Shown here piece after piece: positions 1 through 9,205 of a stretch of DNA of 24,000 nucleotides. Origin of the DNA: Candidatus Heimdallarchaeota archaeon (GTDB taxonomy: Archaea; Asgardarchaeota; Heimdallarchaeia; Heimdallarchaeales; Kariarchaeaceae); assembly GCA_029882335.1 (NCBI GenBank), contig JAOUKW010000003.1, positions 6,383 through 30,382 of the forward strand, in the 5' to 3' direction. The notes beneath the pieces are model-generated. The model had not been told where the DNA came from. It saw only the letters and a list, made by a program, of their open reading frames with translations, and made no database searches. Both the position numbers and the translations under genes were made by a program. Within the stretch, counting starts at the first letter, position 1, and each line of letters starts with the position of its first letter.

Positions 1-10
1 AACAGTACTT

Positions 11-835
11 ATGTTATATGTAATTCTACCACTCCTATTCTTTTCCTATTTGTCCTTTCTCCCCATATACATTACTATCATAATTCTAGTATCATGTATA
101 ATAATATGGTATTTATTTGATCAATACCATCCTTATGAAATAAAACAATTAATGAAAGAGATGAAAATATCTTCGATTCATAATAAGTTAATAAAATTTG
201 AGTATTCAGAAGGAAATTTAAATTCAGTAGTATTAACTCTAAATAATGCCAATTCAATCCCCAAATCCATTCAATTACTGAAAACAGTAAAAGAACTGAC
301 TATCAATTCAGAATCTCTGGATACAATCCCAGAACAAGTGGGGTTAATTAACAAGCTAGAATTTTTATGTATAAATGGTGTAAATATAACAAATATTCAC
401 AGTAATATAGGGAAGTTAGAGAATCTAAAAAAGATATTTATAGAAAATACGCAGATAAAAAATCTACCTGAAACCATTTTTCAAAATAATACTCTTGAGG
501 AGATTCATCTTGCGAACAACTTAATTGAAACAATACCTCAAGAACTGAGTGATATGCAAAGCCTGACCTTGTTAGATTTGCATGGTAATAATATAACTAC
601 ACTTCCTGATACAATAGGTGAATTACAAAAAATCACCATGCTTGATTTCAGTAATAATAAACTAGAAGATCTACCAAGATCCTTGACTAAATTAAAAACA
701 CTCAAATTTTTTGAAATTACTCATAACCCGTTAAACCAATTATCTTCTGAACTCAAAATATGGTTGAGGAAAATGGAAAATTCATTGGTTACTGACCTAT
801 CCTTCTTCAAGAATTTTGATATCTCCGACGGTTAA
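11..835 (+). CDS. Membrane-anchored leucine-rich repeat (LRR) protein
   Basis: ATG-initiated 274-aa ORF. The frame stays open to the window edge, so an upstream start cannot be excluded. The N-terminal ~35 aa are strongly hydrophobic (LPLLFFSYLSFLPIYITIIILVSCIIIWYLF). Residues ~85-250 form about seven 22-24-aa repeats fitting LxxLxLxxNxLxxLPxxIgxL, e.g. LTLLDLHGNNITTLPDTIGEL and ITMLDFSNNKLEDLPRSLTKL. Confidence 0.8.
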   Translation: MLYVILPLLFFSYLSFLPIYITIIILVSCIIIWYLFDQYHPYEIKQLMKEMKISSIHNKLIKFEYSEGNLNSVVLTLNNANSIPKSIQLLKTVKELTINSESLDTIPEQVGLINKLEFLCINGVNITNIHSNIGKLENLKKIFIENTQIKNLPETIFQNNTLEEIHLANNLIETIPQELSDMQSLTLLDLHGNNITTLPDTIGELQKITMLDFSNNKLEDLPRSLTKLKTLKFFEITHNPLNQLSSELKIWLRKMENSLVTDLSFFKNFDISDG

Positions 836-1011
836 TTTATAAAACACTAAACTCAATGAATATTGGATTGATTCACCTCACCTGAACAAATAATGTAGTA
901 GATGAATTTGATTACAAATTATTTCTTCAAATAATAACCTTTAAAATTTATATTTGAAGGTAGTTGATTTTAAGTAACTTGATATCTAATAATAATCAGT
1001 GAGATTAAAAA

Positions 1012-2652
1012 ATGACAACCAAATATGAAATTGATAAAATCCTTAGTAAATTTAATGAAACTACTCCCGGATGCGCCGTTGGTGTTTTTCAGAAAGGTGA
1101 AGTAATTCACGCTAAAGGATATGGTAGGGCAAATCTTGAGTATAATCAACCAATAAATACCAATTCTGTATTTAGGATTGCTTCTTTATCCAAACACTTT
1201 ACTGCGTTTTGTGTTTATATTCTTATCAAAGAGAAAAAAGTAAGCCTTGAAGACGATATAAGAAATTATTTTTCTGAAATGCCTAAATATGATGAAATAG
1301 TAAAAATAAAGGATATTATTAACCATCGAAGTGGCATTCGTGACTATCTTAGTCTGTATTTCTCTGCTGGTAGGACTCCAAGAGAATTTGATACTCAATC
1401 ATTTGATGATTTACTTAATCTGATTACAAGACAAAAAGGATTGAATTATTCACCTGGAAGTGAATTTCTTTACTCGAACTCAAATTACCTATTACTTGCC
1501 GAACTTATTAAAAGAGTTTCAGGATTAACACTTCGCGAATTTGCTGAAGCAAGATTATTTAAACCTCTGGGGATGTCAAGTACTCATTTTCATGATAATT
1601 ATTTAGAAATTGTTCCAAATAGGGCTACTGGGTATAGAAAGACAAAAGATGAAACATTCGAAATTTGTGAGACAACTTCAGATATCATTGGAGATGGTGG
1701 GATATTTACATGTATTGATGATTTGTTCAAATGGTCGCAGATATTTCAATCTAATCTGTTATTTTCTTCAGAAGAGTTGCCACAACTGCTTTATCCAGAT
1801 TGGGAAAGAATAAATGAACAAGGCGATATCTATGGTTATGGGTTGAATCTGAGTACATATAAAAACAACAAGGTCATTCGCCATGCAGGAGGATTTGTTG
1901 GGTTTCAAACAAATTTCTTATTTTTCCCCGAGAAAGATCTTAGTATTTATATTTTGGGAAATTATGGAAATACAAATATAGTTGAGCTTGCTTATCCAAT
2001 AGCTGATTTATTTTTGAGCCAAGACGATTTGAATCATGATCTTGGGTCAGATAAAACCGAAGATAAAATTGAGCAAGACATAAATCTAGATCATGACTGG
2101 ATTGCATCATATTTTGGTTATTATCATCGAATTACAGAATTATATCAGTTTTTAATAAACGAGGAAGAAAGTAAGAAATATCAACTTATAGTAAATGGAG
2201 GGTGGTTTTCTTTTGATCTTATTCCAATTGGGTCAAATAAATTTAAATCAACAACTGGGATTTATCCCATTGAATTAGAACTAAGAGAGATAGAAAATAA
2301 GAAAATACTTCAGGTTAAAATACTAGGATCCGGTTCAATCATCAAATATTCATCAATAGATCCTTTTATACCTGAAAAAGATACATCAAGCTCGTTTTTA
2401 AAAAATTTCACCGGAAAATATTACAGTGAAGAATTGGACGCATCTTGTTACATTAATGTTGAGGATGATAAATTAATACTTCATAGAATGAGAGATGAAA
2501 ATAGGTTATTATTTCTTACCGCGGATACTACATTAACAGTAAAAGATGGTTGTGAGCTTCAGTTCAAACAAGAAAATGGAAAAATAATTGGATTTACGTT
2601 TTCTACATTTCGTATGAGAGGGATTCAGTACAAAAAAGAAGGTTTCAGTTAA
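1012..2652 (+). CDS. Serine hydrolase of the beta-lactamase/PBP fold (MEROPS S12-like, D-aminopeptidase/esterase type)
   Basis: 546-aa ATG ORF. The catalytic motifs occur in the expected order: SxxK (ASLSKHF), YxN (YSNSNY), and HxG in the KTG position (RHAGGFVG). A ~200-aa C-terminal extension follows the catalytic fold. No signal peptide is visible. Confidence 0.85.
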   Translation: MTTKYEIDKILSKFNETTPGCAVGVFQKGEVIHAKGYGRANLEYNQPINTNSVFRIASLSKHFTAFCVYILIKEKKVSLEDDIRNYFSEMPKYDEIVKIKDIINHRSGIRDYLSLYFSAGRTPREFDTQSFDDLLNLITRQKGLNYSPGSEFLYSNSNYLLLAELIKRVSGLTLREFAEARLFKPLGMSSTHFHDNYLEIVPNRATGYRKTKDETFEICETTSDIIGDGGIFTCIDDLFKWSQIFQSNLLFSSEELPQLLYPDWERINEQGDIYGYGLNLSTYKNNKVIRHAGGFVGFQTNFLFFPEKDLSIYILGNYGNTNIVELAYPIADLFLSQDDLNHDLGSDKTEDKIEQDINLDHDWIASYFGYYHRITELYQFLINEEESKKYQLIVNGGWFSFDLIPIGSNKFKSTTGIYPIELELREIENKKILQVKILGSGSIIKYSSIDPFIPEKDTSSSFLKNFTGKYYSEELDASCYINVEDDKLILHRMRDENRLLFLTADTTLTVKDGCELQFKQENGKIIGFTFSTFRMRGIQYKKEGFS

Positions 2653-3017
2653 ATGGTAATTGAACTAGATTAATCCTTTTAAATGAATTCACATCTAAAT
2701 AATATAACATTTTCAGAATTCAAAAATTATTAAAGACCCAATAATACTTACATTGAGATCAAGCCAATTGCATATATCTTAGTTCGTTAATTCTATAAAA
2801 AGTTAAATCACTTAATCAAGCAACAAATGATTGAGGAAGATATCCCTCTTAAAGGATTAACAATTCGAAATTTTGAAAATGTAACAACAATAAGATGAAG
2901 AACTTATAAATTGGGGAAATGTTTTATTATATGAAAGAGTCAGCATGAGAAGATAGAGATTATTTCAGAAAAAAAATTTGAAAATCTCTATTATTATTCA
3001 TACTTTGTGAAGTTGTG

Positions 3018-3022
3018 AAAAA
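3018..3022 (-). terminator. Oligo-T tract downstream of tRNA-Asp (archaeal-type terminator candidate)
   Basis: On the minus strand a T5 run lies ~20 nt after the tRNA 3' end. A second T8 run (plus-strand A8, 2969..2976) sits in the loop of an imperfect hairpin: tagagatt 2954..2961 pairs with aatctcta 2983..2990, plus an inner ttca/tgaa pairing. T-runs are common in this AT-rich DNA, so the call is weak. Confidence 0.3.
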
Positions 3023-3041
3023 TGCAAGAAGGGTGCTCTAA

Positions 3042-3148
3042 CGCCCCGACTGGGGATCGAACCCAGGTCCAAGGAGATCTGAGATATCTGAATTATAAAA
3101 ATTCAGTATTTTGACAGTCCTCGATGATAACCACTACACTATCGGGGC
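3042..3148 (-). tRNA. tRNA-Asp (anticodon GUC) with ~35-nt intron at the canonical 37/38 position
   Basis: The reverse complement folds as a cloverleaf. Acceptor GCCCCGA/TCGGGGC; D arm GTGT-AGTGGTTA-TCAT; anticodon stem GAGGA/TCCTT; loop CTGTCA with GTC; T arm CTGGG-TTCGATC-CCCAG; discriminator G; no encoded CCA. The gene is 107 nt because of an insert after position 37. The insert contains the hairpin CTGAATT/AATTCAG and a CAG that can pair with CTG(32-34), giving a relaxed bulge-helix-bulge. Confidence 0.9.
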
Positions 3149-3300
3149 TTATATTTTAATGTGACATCTAATATGTTTTTTATTTTATGATATAGTACAA
3201 TCAAGTGATTAAAATTTATAAAAAATTCGATCATTTGAGATTTAATAAATTAAATTACACTATTGATATGAATTGTATGGTTTTCATATTTTTCTGAGAT

Positions 3301-3342
3301 ACACTTCTTTGAACTGAATAGAAGTGTTGTTTTTTATTTTTT
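3301..3342 (+). terminator. Orphan hairpin followed by a T-rich run (terminator-like, no obvious upstream + strand gene)
   Basis: A perfect 8-bp stem, acacttct (3301..3308) with agaagtgt (3320..3327), encloses an 11-nt loop. It is followed by tgtttttt a tttttt through 3342 on the + strand. The nearest + strand CDS ends at 2652. Confidence 0.3.
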
Positions 3343-3475
3343 CATTTAAATTATTTATCTTGAATTATTTATTATCAAGTTCATTCAATTTATTCCTTTG
3401 GTTTTTTATTCGATTAATTGATTTAAGTTATTATTTTGAATTATTTTATATTATTCATTAACAACTTCATTTATT

Positions 3476-5371
3476 TTATTTATTTGAATTTTTTTTAACG
3501 ATAGGTAGCAAAACAATGATTGAAAGCAATGTAGCAAGGCTAGTAAATCCATATGTTTCAACTGCACTAGAACTTAATATTTGAGAGGGCGATGATGGTG
3601 TTTCTGGGTCATCTACTTCGACAGAAACAAGATCCCATTGTTGGAGATTTTGACTTAATAGTTGAAAATCTAATCCAACAATTGAGCTATTATATAACCA
3701 ATGATGTTGACGAGATGCAATTGGAATTACTGGTTTCCATTCAGCCAAAAAGGATTGAATTTGCTGCAATAAATTAATTCTAGTTGCAGTATCAATTGCA
3801 ACCTGATAATCAGCGACTAAACCCGTAATTTCTTGGTTTGCAAAGTTATACCAGTTATCACAAGTACCAGTGTCACAGAGACCATTGGTGTCAAATAAGT
3901 ATTGTGGATTATAGTCTAATGGCCATCCATATGCTATAAAGAATATATCATATCCACCATCATCCCATAATGGAACTAAAGATGCATCTTGCCATCCAAA
4001 TGTTCTAGGAATAATTTCATCCCATCCTTGGCTAACTATTTCAGTAACACCAATACCGATCTTTGGTAGGTCTTCCTCAAAAATATTATGCCAATAATTT
4101 CTCATGGCACAATCTATATATCGTAATAAAGTCACATTAAAAAAGAAAGTGTTGTATGTGTCAGAGGTTTGATTATAAATAAGTGTTGAATAATCGAAAC
4201 CAGCGGAATTCATTAATGATCTGGCTATTTCAATATTGAATGGATCAGGTGATATTGTGTTGTCCAATCCTGTTGTAGTGGGAGGTATTGGTGTTGATAA
4301 TGGTATTGCCAAATTATCAAATATTTCTGAAATGATATAACTTCGGTTCAAAACATGTGACATGGCATTTCTAACTGATTTAGCACCCATAATTCTATCC
4401 TCTGTAGTGGCTGTAGTTCCTAATGGAAGTCCTTCTCCAGTTCCATACATGGGGTGAATATTATTAAGTGCCATCTCAATTGTCTCTGACGTATTTGAGG
4501 TTTTAGAAGTAAATTTTGTAGTATCATATGAATTATCAAGTGGTATCAAATATTTATGGTCAATTAAATCAATATTGCCAGATGTAGTTTCAGTTAATAT
4601 TTGACCATTGAGAATTTGCTTAAAGATTATTTTATCAAAATAAACAGAATCAGAAGAAAAGTAGTTGTTATTTTTAATTAGAGTGACAATTTTATTTTGT
4701 AAATCGATTGTGTCTACTTTATATGGTCCACCGCCAGTTATATCTGCACCTGATGGATCATTCCAACTACAGTCATCAGCCATATATACATCATTTGCTT
4801 TACAAATATCCCATTTAGAGCTAAAATAAATTTGATTGAGAATTGGTATAGATAATGCTCGAATATTAAATGCATGTATTTGATTAAATTCAATTCTGAC
4901 TGTTAAATCATCAACTTTAACAACTGAGTTTATAGAGAAATCATCGATTAATAATTTTAAACTTGTTATATTAAAAATTGGGTCTAGTAGTATTTCATAG
5001 GTAAAAATAACATCATCTGCAGTAAAAGGAGTTCCATCTTCAAATAACATTCCTTGTTTTATAGTTACAGTGTAGTTCTTTCCATCCGGAGTTATACTAA
5101 GTGTATCCGCAAACCATTCTGTTAATTCTCCGTTATTGGATGAATCTGGTCTAAATAACGATGCACTTACAGCATTCATTATGCGAAAATCAGCCCGGGT
5201 GTTGTCTCTTATGTCTGTTAAATAGGAAAATTCATAAAAATACGATGGAGATGTATATACAAATTCCCTATCATCCTCTTGCAACGATATTGAAGTATCT
5301 GATATGACAAAATTAGATACAAAGATTAATATTATTACATATAAGCTAAAAGTAATTTTAATAGATTTCAT
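3476..5371 (-). CDS. Extracellular solute-binding protein, family 5 (peptide/nickel/opine type), with C-terminal membrane anchor
   Basis: 631-aa ATG ORF with an N-terminal signal peptide (MKSIKITFSLYVIILIFVSNFVIS). It has the family-5 SBP signature region (WFADTLSITPDGKNYTVTIKQGMLFEDGTPFTADDVIFTY). The C-terminus is a Ser/Pro linker, then YGFTS, a hydrophobic helix and KKNSNK. It is paralogous to 11974..13905 and to the pseudogene at 10613..11848. Confidence 0.85.
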   Translation of the reverse strand: MKSIKITFSLYVIILIFVSNFVISDTSISLQEDDREFVYTSPSYFYEFSYLTDIRDNTRADFRIMNAVSASLFRPDSSNNGELTEWFADTLSITPDGKNYTVTIKQGMLFEDGTPFTADDVIFTYEILLDPIFNITSLKLLIDDFSINSVVKVDDLTVRIEFNQIHAFNIRALSIPILNQIYFSSKWDICKANDVYMADDCSWNDPSGADITGGGPYKVDTIDLQNKIVTLIKNNNYFSSDSVYFDKIIFKQILNGQILTETTSGNIDLIDHKYLIPLDNSYDTTKFTSKTSNTSETIEMALNNIHPMYGTGEGLPLGTTATTEDRIMGAKSVRNAMSHVLNRSYIISEIFDNLAIPLSTPIPPTTTGLDNTISPDPFNIEIARSLMNSAGFDYSTLIYNQTSDTYNTFFFNVTLLRYIDCAMRNYWHNIFEEDLPKIGIGVTEIVSQGWDEIIPRTFGWQDASLVPLWDDGGYDIFFIAYGWPLDYNPQYLFDTNGLCDTGTCDNWYNFANQEITGLVADYQVAIDTATRINLLQQIQSFLAEWKPVIPIASRQHHWLYNSSIVGLDFQLLSQNLQQWDLVSVEVDDPETPSSPSQILSSSAVETYGFTSLATLLSIIVLLPIVKKNSNK

Positions 5372-5603
5372 AGTAAATCACGATTGTAAATATAGAAAGT
5401 GATAATCTATTTAAAGATACCTTATCAAAGGTGGTATTTCATAAAAAGTATATTGGTAGTTGATAATATACAATGGGTATTGTGTGGTTGGAATAAAATC
5501 AATAAACCATTTCGATATTAGAACTTTATTCTATCCCTAGAATGCATTTATATGAAACAAGGAATATCGTTAGTTTTTTATAAATAATTTCTAACATCAA
5601 TTT

Positions 5604-6008
5604 ATGACTAAGGTATCTGAACGAATTGAATTATTAATGAATAAAAAATTAGTAGCCAGTTTTGTTTCTATTACAGAAGATGGATTTCCTCACATTGTGC
5701 CTTTATGGTTGGTAACTGATGGGGAAAAATTGTATTTCAGCGCTTATGATCATTCGAAAAAAATAAGAAATCTGATTGCTAATCAAAAATCCGCTTTATC
5801 TGTAGTAGATCCCTCAGGTGGTCCATATTTTTCAGTTTATGGTACCTCAAAAATATTAGATAAAAATAATTTTGATAGGTATGAAGTGGTAATTACAAAA
5901 ATTGTGAAAAAATATTTACCAGTTGAAAAATTTGAAGATGGTATGAATGAAAGGATGAACCATCCTAATAGAATATTAGTAGAATTTACTCCAATTAAAT
6001 ATTACTAA
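5604..6008 (+). CDS. Pyridoxamine 5'-phosphate oxidase-like (split-barrel FMN/F420-binding) family protein
   Basis: 134-aa ATG ORF. The pattern is typical of the small PNPOx-like family: LVASFVSITEDGFPHIVPLWLVTDGEKLYFSAYDHSKKIRNLIANQKSALSVVD, then a C-terminal (R)ILVEFTP strand. Confidence 0.7.
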   Translation: MTKVSERIELLMNKKLVASFVSITEDGFPHIVPLWLVTDGEKLYFSAYDHSKKIRNLIANQKSALSVVDPSGGPYFSVYGTSKILDKNNFDRYEVVITKIVKKYLPVEKFEDGMNERMNHPNRILVEFTPIKYY

Positions 6009-6114
6009 AATTGAATTAAAGATAGTTAATGAAATTTACTACCCGTTTTAGTAGTTGCATTTGATAGACCAGAAATTAAAGATTACCCTTACATTTCTTT
6101 ACAATAAAATCCCA

Positions 6115-7206
6115 TTAGTTGTATTTCTTCATTCTCTTCAGTTTCTTGTACTTCAGTTGATTGATAATTAGTAATGCTAATGGTATTATAGTAGAAATAG
6201 CTGAGAATTCAAAACCAACATTTGACGAGGTTGTTGTTGTATTTGATGTTTGTTGAGGAGTTATCGGGGTTTCTGATGGTATATCTAAAATAAATGCAGA
6301 GACAGTAATATTGAATATACCATAATGTAAATACGAATATACCTCAATATAATAAAATCCAGAAACATTGTATAAACGAATCCAATCCATTTCTCTTTCT
6401 GTATAGTACGATTCAGCAATTAATTCTCTTTCTTCGTTATATATATTAAAATCAAAATCTAAAGTTTCATTCGTCATTATGGTTACTTGATAATTGTCAA
6501 ACTCTGTTAAATTAATTTGGAAGAACTTGGGATATTTTATTCTAGTCAATTCTTCGTTGACGGTCTGGTTTAATTGTATATCTATTGCAGTTGAAAAATC
6601 AGACCCTGGAGGAGCTGAAATAACAAGTAGCTCATAATTTGGATCATCAATAATCCAAGGTATAATTTTGATATAGACAAAATCAGTTAGATTATCTAAT
6701 ATATAATATTCAAATTCAATTTCAGCATATGCATATCCGATCTCCTCTTGATTTGAATTATAGATAACCATGTCAAAATCACTGTTAGTATTGTAATGTA
6801 AAGTGAATAAATATATAGTCGATGTTTGATTTAAAGTGAGATTATAATATCGACTTCCATCATCTGATGGGCCGGGTAGTACGTCATTTACTGTTTGATT
6901 TAATTCTATTGATATTGCGGTATTAATAGAATCTCCATGAGAGCTATTCGGTGTGATTTTTAGATTATCCATTTTACTCGGCTCAATTTTAAATTGTTGA
7001 AATCGATATTGAAAATCACTATTAGTTGAAATTGCTGTATTTGATACTGGTAGAAATAGGAAAATACAGATGGAAATTAAGACTGTGGTTTTATTGTCCA
7101 CATTTAAGGTGAATATTACATATTTAAAAGGATATTTAATGGATTGTGTAGCAAAATTTCTCAATATTTTTATTTTAAATACAATTCTGTATATGGTATA
7201 ATTCAT
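6115..7206 (-). CDS. Secreted, C-terminally anchored protein with two tandem pre-peptidase C-terminal (PPC)-like beta-sandwich domains
   Basis: 363-aa ORF with two internal repeats fitting the PPC pattern. Repeat 1: TAISIELNQTVNDVL..YYNLTL..DFDMVIYNSNQEEIGYAY..VYIKIIPW..YELLV. Repeat 2: TAIDIQLNQTVNEEL..FFQINL..DFDFNIYNEERELIAESY..YYIEVYSY..FNITV. The tail is a Thr/Ser linker, VGFEFS, a TM helix and KYKKLKRMKKYN. Start is uncertain. ATG 7206 gives a 36-aa pre-signal extension. GTG at 7101 would give a clean signal peptide (MDNKTTVLISICIFLFLPVS) with TTTTAAATA ~28 nt upstream. Confidence 0.7.
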   Translation of the reverse strand: MNYTIYRIVFKIKILRNFATQSIKYPFKYVIFTLNVDNKTTVLISICIFLFLPVSNTAISTNSDFQYRFQQFKIEPSKMDNLKITPNSSHGDSINTAISIELNQTVNDVLPGPSDDGSRYYNLTLNQTSTIYLFTLHYNTNSDFDMVIYNSNQEEIGYAYAEIEFEYYILDNLTDFVYIKIIPWIIDDPNYELLVISAPPGSDFSTAIDIQLNQTVNEELTRIKYPKFFQINLTEFDNYQVTIMTNETLDFDFNIYNEERELIAESYYTEREMDWIRLYNVSGFYYIEVYSYLHYGIFNITVSAFILDIPSETPITPQQTSNTTTTSSNVGFEFSAISTIIPLALLIINQLKYKKLKRMKKYN

Positions 7207-7262
7207 ATATTTTTAACTGTTTAAACTTATATTAATATATTAAATATAGAGTTCTACCCCTA

Positions 7263-8264
7263 ATGCTTTTGTTTTTCCTTTTAGTTAGTCCTAATACTAC
7301 TTTTGGAAAGACTAGGAGAGATAGTATAATTCTTTTTATTGATGAATTATATCGATCTGATGGTGGATATGCTGATAAGACTGTGTCTAGTTCTTCAACT
7401 GATGCTTCTACATTTGTTTTGATGACTGCTGCATTACTTGGTTATGAGATAAATAATACACTTGATCTTCAACATTATTTTCAGAGTTCACAGAATTATG
7501 ATGGTGGTTTTGGAAATAATCCAAATAATATTAGTAATTGGCAAAGTACTATTCATTCTATTTTTGGTTTAAATATATTGGGTATTAATGCTTCACAATT
7601 GAGTAATTGGAGAATTAATAATTTTATAAATGACACTGCTATCAATACACTATTTAATACATCTTTAAATCCAATAACTCCTGTTGATTTAAATAAAGAG
7701 ATTATAGATCTTTGGCATGATTACATTTATACCTATTCTGTTATAGGTTATATTCCAATAATTCCAATTGAATTCTTATTGTCAAATTTACTACAAATGC
7801 AATATCCAAATGGTACATATCCAAATTTACCAATTGCAATTTCTACAATAAACCTTCTTAATCTACTTGGAGAACCGGTGAGAGATGTGGAATTAGCTTC
7901 AGAGTATATCAGATCATTTGCAGATTCAAGTGGTGCGTTTTCTTATTCGAGAGAAGGTGGAGCGTCAATTAAGGCAACAATGGAGTCCGTTAGGGCATTA
8001 CAAGTTATGGGTAGATTAGATGATTTGGAGTATAAGCGAGATATAGTTCAGTTTTTGCTGAATCAACAAGAAGCTAGTCAAGGAATTCATGAAGTAGGTA
8101 AGGAAGTTGATATCTATGCAACATATCAAGCAGTCTATACAATTTTCGTGTTAGGTTATATTACTGAACTAAATGCACCAGATGTATTGGAATCAGATCG
8201 TTTTGTAACTTTTCCATTTATATCTATGATACTAATCCCACTGGTATGGAGGAAAAGAAGATGA
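7263..8264 (+). CDS. Surface-anchored alpha/alpha-toroid protein with prenyltransferase/terpene-cyclase-type repeats
   Basis: 333-aa ATG ORF; an in-frame TAA at 7233 excludes a longer form. Five repeats match the prenyltransferase beta-subunit type: DGGYADK..TAALLGY; NYDGGFGNNPN..IFGLNILG; QYPNGTYPN..LLNLLG; DSSGAFSYS..VRALQVMG; QQEASQGIHE..YTIFVLG. It has a short N-terminal signal and a C-terminal FVTFPFISMILIPLVWRKRR anchor. Confidence 0.7.
   Translation: MLLFFLLVSPNTTFGKTRRDSIILFIDELYRSDGGYADKTVSSSSTDASTFVLMTAALLGYEINNTLDLQHYFQSSQNYDGGFGNNPNNISNWQSTIHSIFGLNILGINASQLSNWRINNFINDTAINTLFNTSLNPITPVDLNKEIIDLWHDYIYTYSVIGYIPIIPIEFLLSNLLQMQYPNGTYPNLPIAISTINLLNLLGEPVRDVELASEYIRSFADSSGAFSYSREGGASIKATMESVRALQVMGRLDDLEYKRDIVQFLLNQQEASQGIHEVGKEVDIYATYQAVYTIFVLGYITELNAPDVLESDRFVTFPFISMILIPLVWRKRR
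8248..8252 (+). promoter_or_regulatory. Shine-Dalgarno motif (GGAGG) for the ABC ATPase gene
   Basis: GGAGG lies 8 nt upstream of ATG 8261. That ATG overlaps the upstream stop (ATGA, 8261..8264), which is classic translational coupling. Confidence 0.6.
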
Positions 8265-9205
8265 ATTCAGTTGTACAGATGAAATTTGTTTCTAAGTTTA
8301 TACAAAACCGAGCTATTATTCAACGATTAAATTTAGAGGTTCCCGGGGGTACATTATTTGGGTTACTTGGACCCAACGGTGCTGGTAAAACCACTGCAAT
8401 TAATCTGATGACTGGGAATCTTAGACCCACCAGCGGAATGATTTCGATATTTGGAATGGATCCTTGGAAAAATAGAGTTGATTTATACAAAAAAGTTGGT
8501 TTTCTCCCACAAAATTCTTCTTTTTATCCTGATAAACAAGTAATACAATCATTGACATATATGGCTCGATTAAAGGGAATTGCACGTCGAGACGCAAAAA
8601 TAGAAGCAAGGGAAACTCTTGCGATGGTTGGATTAACTCGTTTTGAACAGCAAAAAATCGGAAAATTATCCGGTGGGGAAAGACAGAGATTAGGTTTTGC
8701 AAATGCAATTATTGGTGATCCTGAATTACTTATTCTTGATGAACCTACTGCATCGCTTGATCCTGAAGGTAGGATTTACATAATGAATCTCATATCTAAG
8801 TTGAGTAGAGATGAGAAAAAAACAGTGGTGATTTCCTCTCATATCCTTCCAGAAATCCAACGGATGACAAACTATATTGCCATTCTAAATCAAGGTGAAA
8901 TGCTTATTAGTGGATCAATGAAACAATTAACCAGAAATATTTATGATGATATGTATGAAATAGAAACATCTCATCCTGTTGAATTGCTTCAGCATATAAA
9001 AGATCTTAATTTTAATGCGTATATGGACGAGACTACTATAATGGTAAATACAAATGGGAATTTACTTGCTTTATGGAGTGAAGTACCAAAAATTTGTACT
9101 TCAAATAACTATCAGCTTCGTTCTTTTAAACCAGCGAAAGATGCATTGGAAAATTTATTTATTGATCTTGTATCTAGAAAAAGAACACAGGAGGTTAATA
9201 AATGA
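8261..9205 (+). CDS. ABC transporter ATP-binding protein (ABC-2/DrrA-CcmA-like exporter type)
   Basis: Walker A GPNGAGKTT, Q-loop, signature LSGGERQRL, Walker B LLILDEPT, D-loop SLD and H-loop SSHIL are all present. A ~90-aa C-terminal accessory domain follows. I place the start at ATG 8261 (SD plus ATGA overlap) rather than at the ORF-track ATG 8246. Confidence 0.9.
   Translation: MNSVVQMKFVSKFIQNRAIIQRLNLEVPGGTLFGLLGPNGAGKTTAINLMTGNLRPTSGMISIFGMDPWKNRVDLYKKVGFLPQNSSFYPDKQVIQSLTYMARLKGIARRDAKIEARETLAMVGLTRFEQQKIGKLSGGERQRLGFANAIIGDPELLILDEPTASLDPEGRIYIMNLISKLSRDEKKTVVISSHILPEIQRMTNYIAILNQGEMLISGSMKQLTRNIYDDMYEIETSHPVELLQHIKDLNFNAYMDETTIMVNTNGNLLALWSEVPKICTSNNYQLRSFKPAKDALENLFIDLVSRKRTQEVNK
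9190..9195 (+). promoter_or_regulatory. Shine-Dalgarno motif (GGAGGT) for the ABC-2 permease gene
   Basis: GGAGGT lies 6 nt upstream of ATG 9202. That ATG overlaps the ATPase stop (ATGA, 9202..9205). Confidence 0.6.

Noticed and set aside
1186-1813. ORFs 1186..1398 (-) and 1610..1813 (+), lying inside or out of frame with the beta-lactamase-fold gene
   Set aside because: Both lie wholly within a 546-aa gene that has clear catalytic motifs. Their products are low-complexity, with Ile/Phe/Lys-rich composition typical of shadow frames in AT-rich DNA.
1012-2652. Calling the beta-lactamase-fold genes antibiotic-resistance beta-lactamases
   Set aside because: There is no signal peptide, an HxG motif replaces KTG, the C-terminal domains are large, and the host is archaeal. 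All of this points to S12 peptidase or esterase functions. The fold alone does not support a resistance call.
2827-2898. 23-codon ORF (MIEEDIPLKGLTIRNFENVTTIR) downstream of the first hydrolase gene
   Set aside because: It is too short to assess and has no SD or promoter evidence. It may be a relic of a truncated gene, but I cannot support that from the sequence alone.
3592-3777. 61-aa + strand ORF antisense to the SBP gene
   Set aside because: It is embedded in a well-supported minus-strand CDS and has no start context or recognisable motif.
8421-8708. 95-aa minus-strand ORF antisense to the ABC ATPase
   Set aside because: It overlaps the Walker A through signature-motif region of a canonical ABC ATPase, so it is a shadow ORF.
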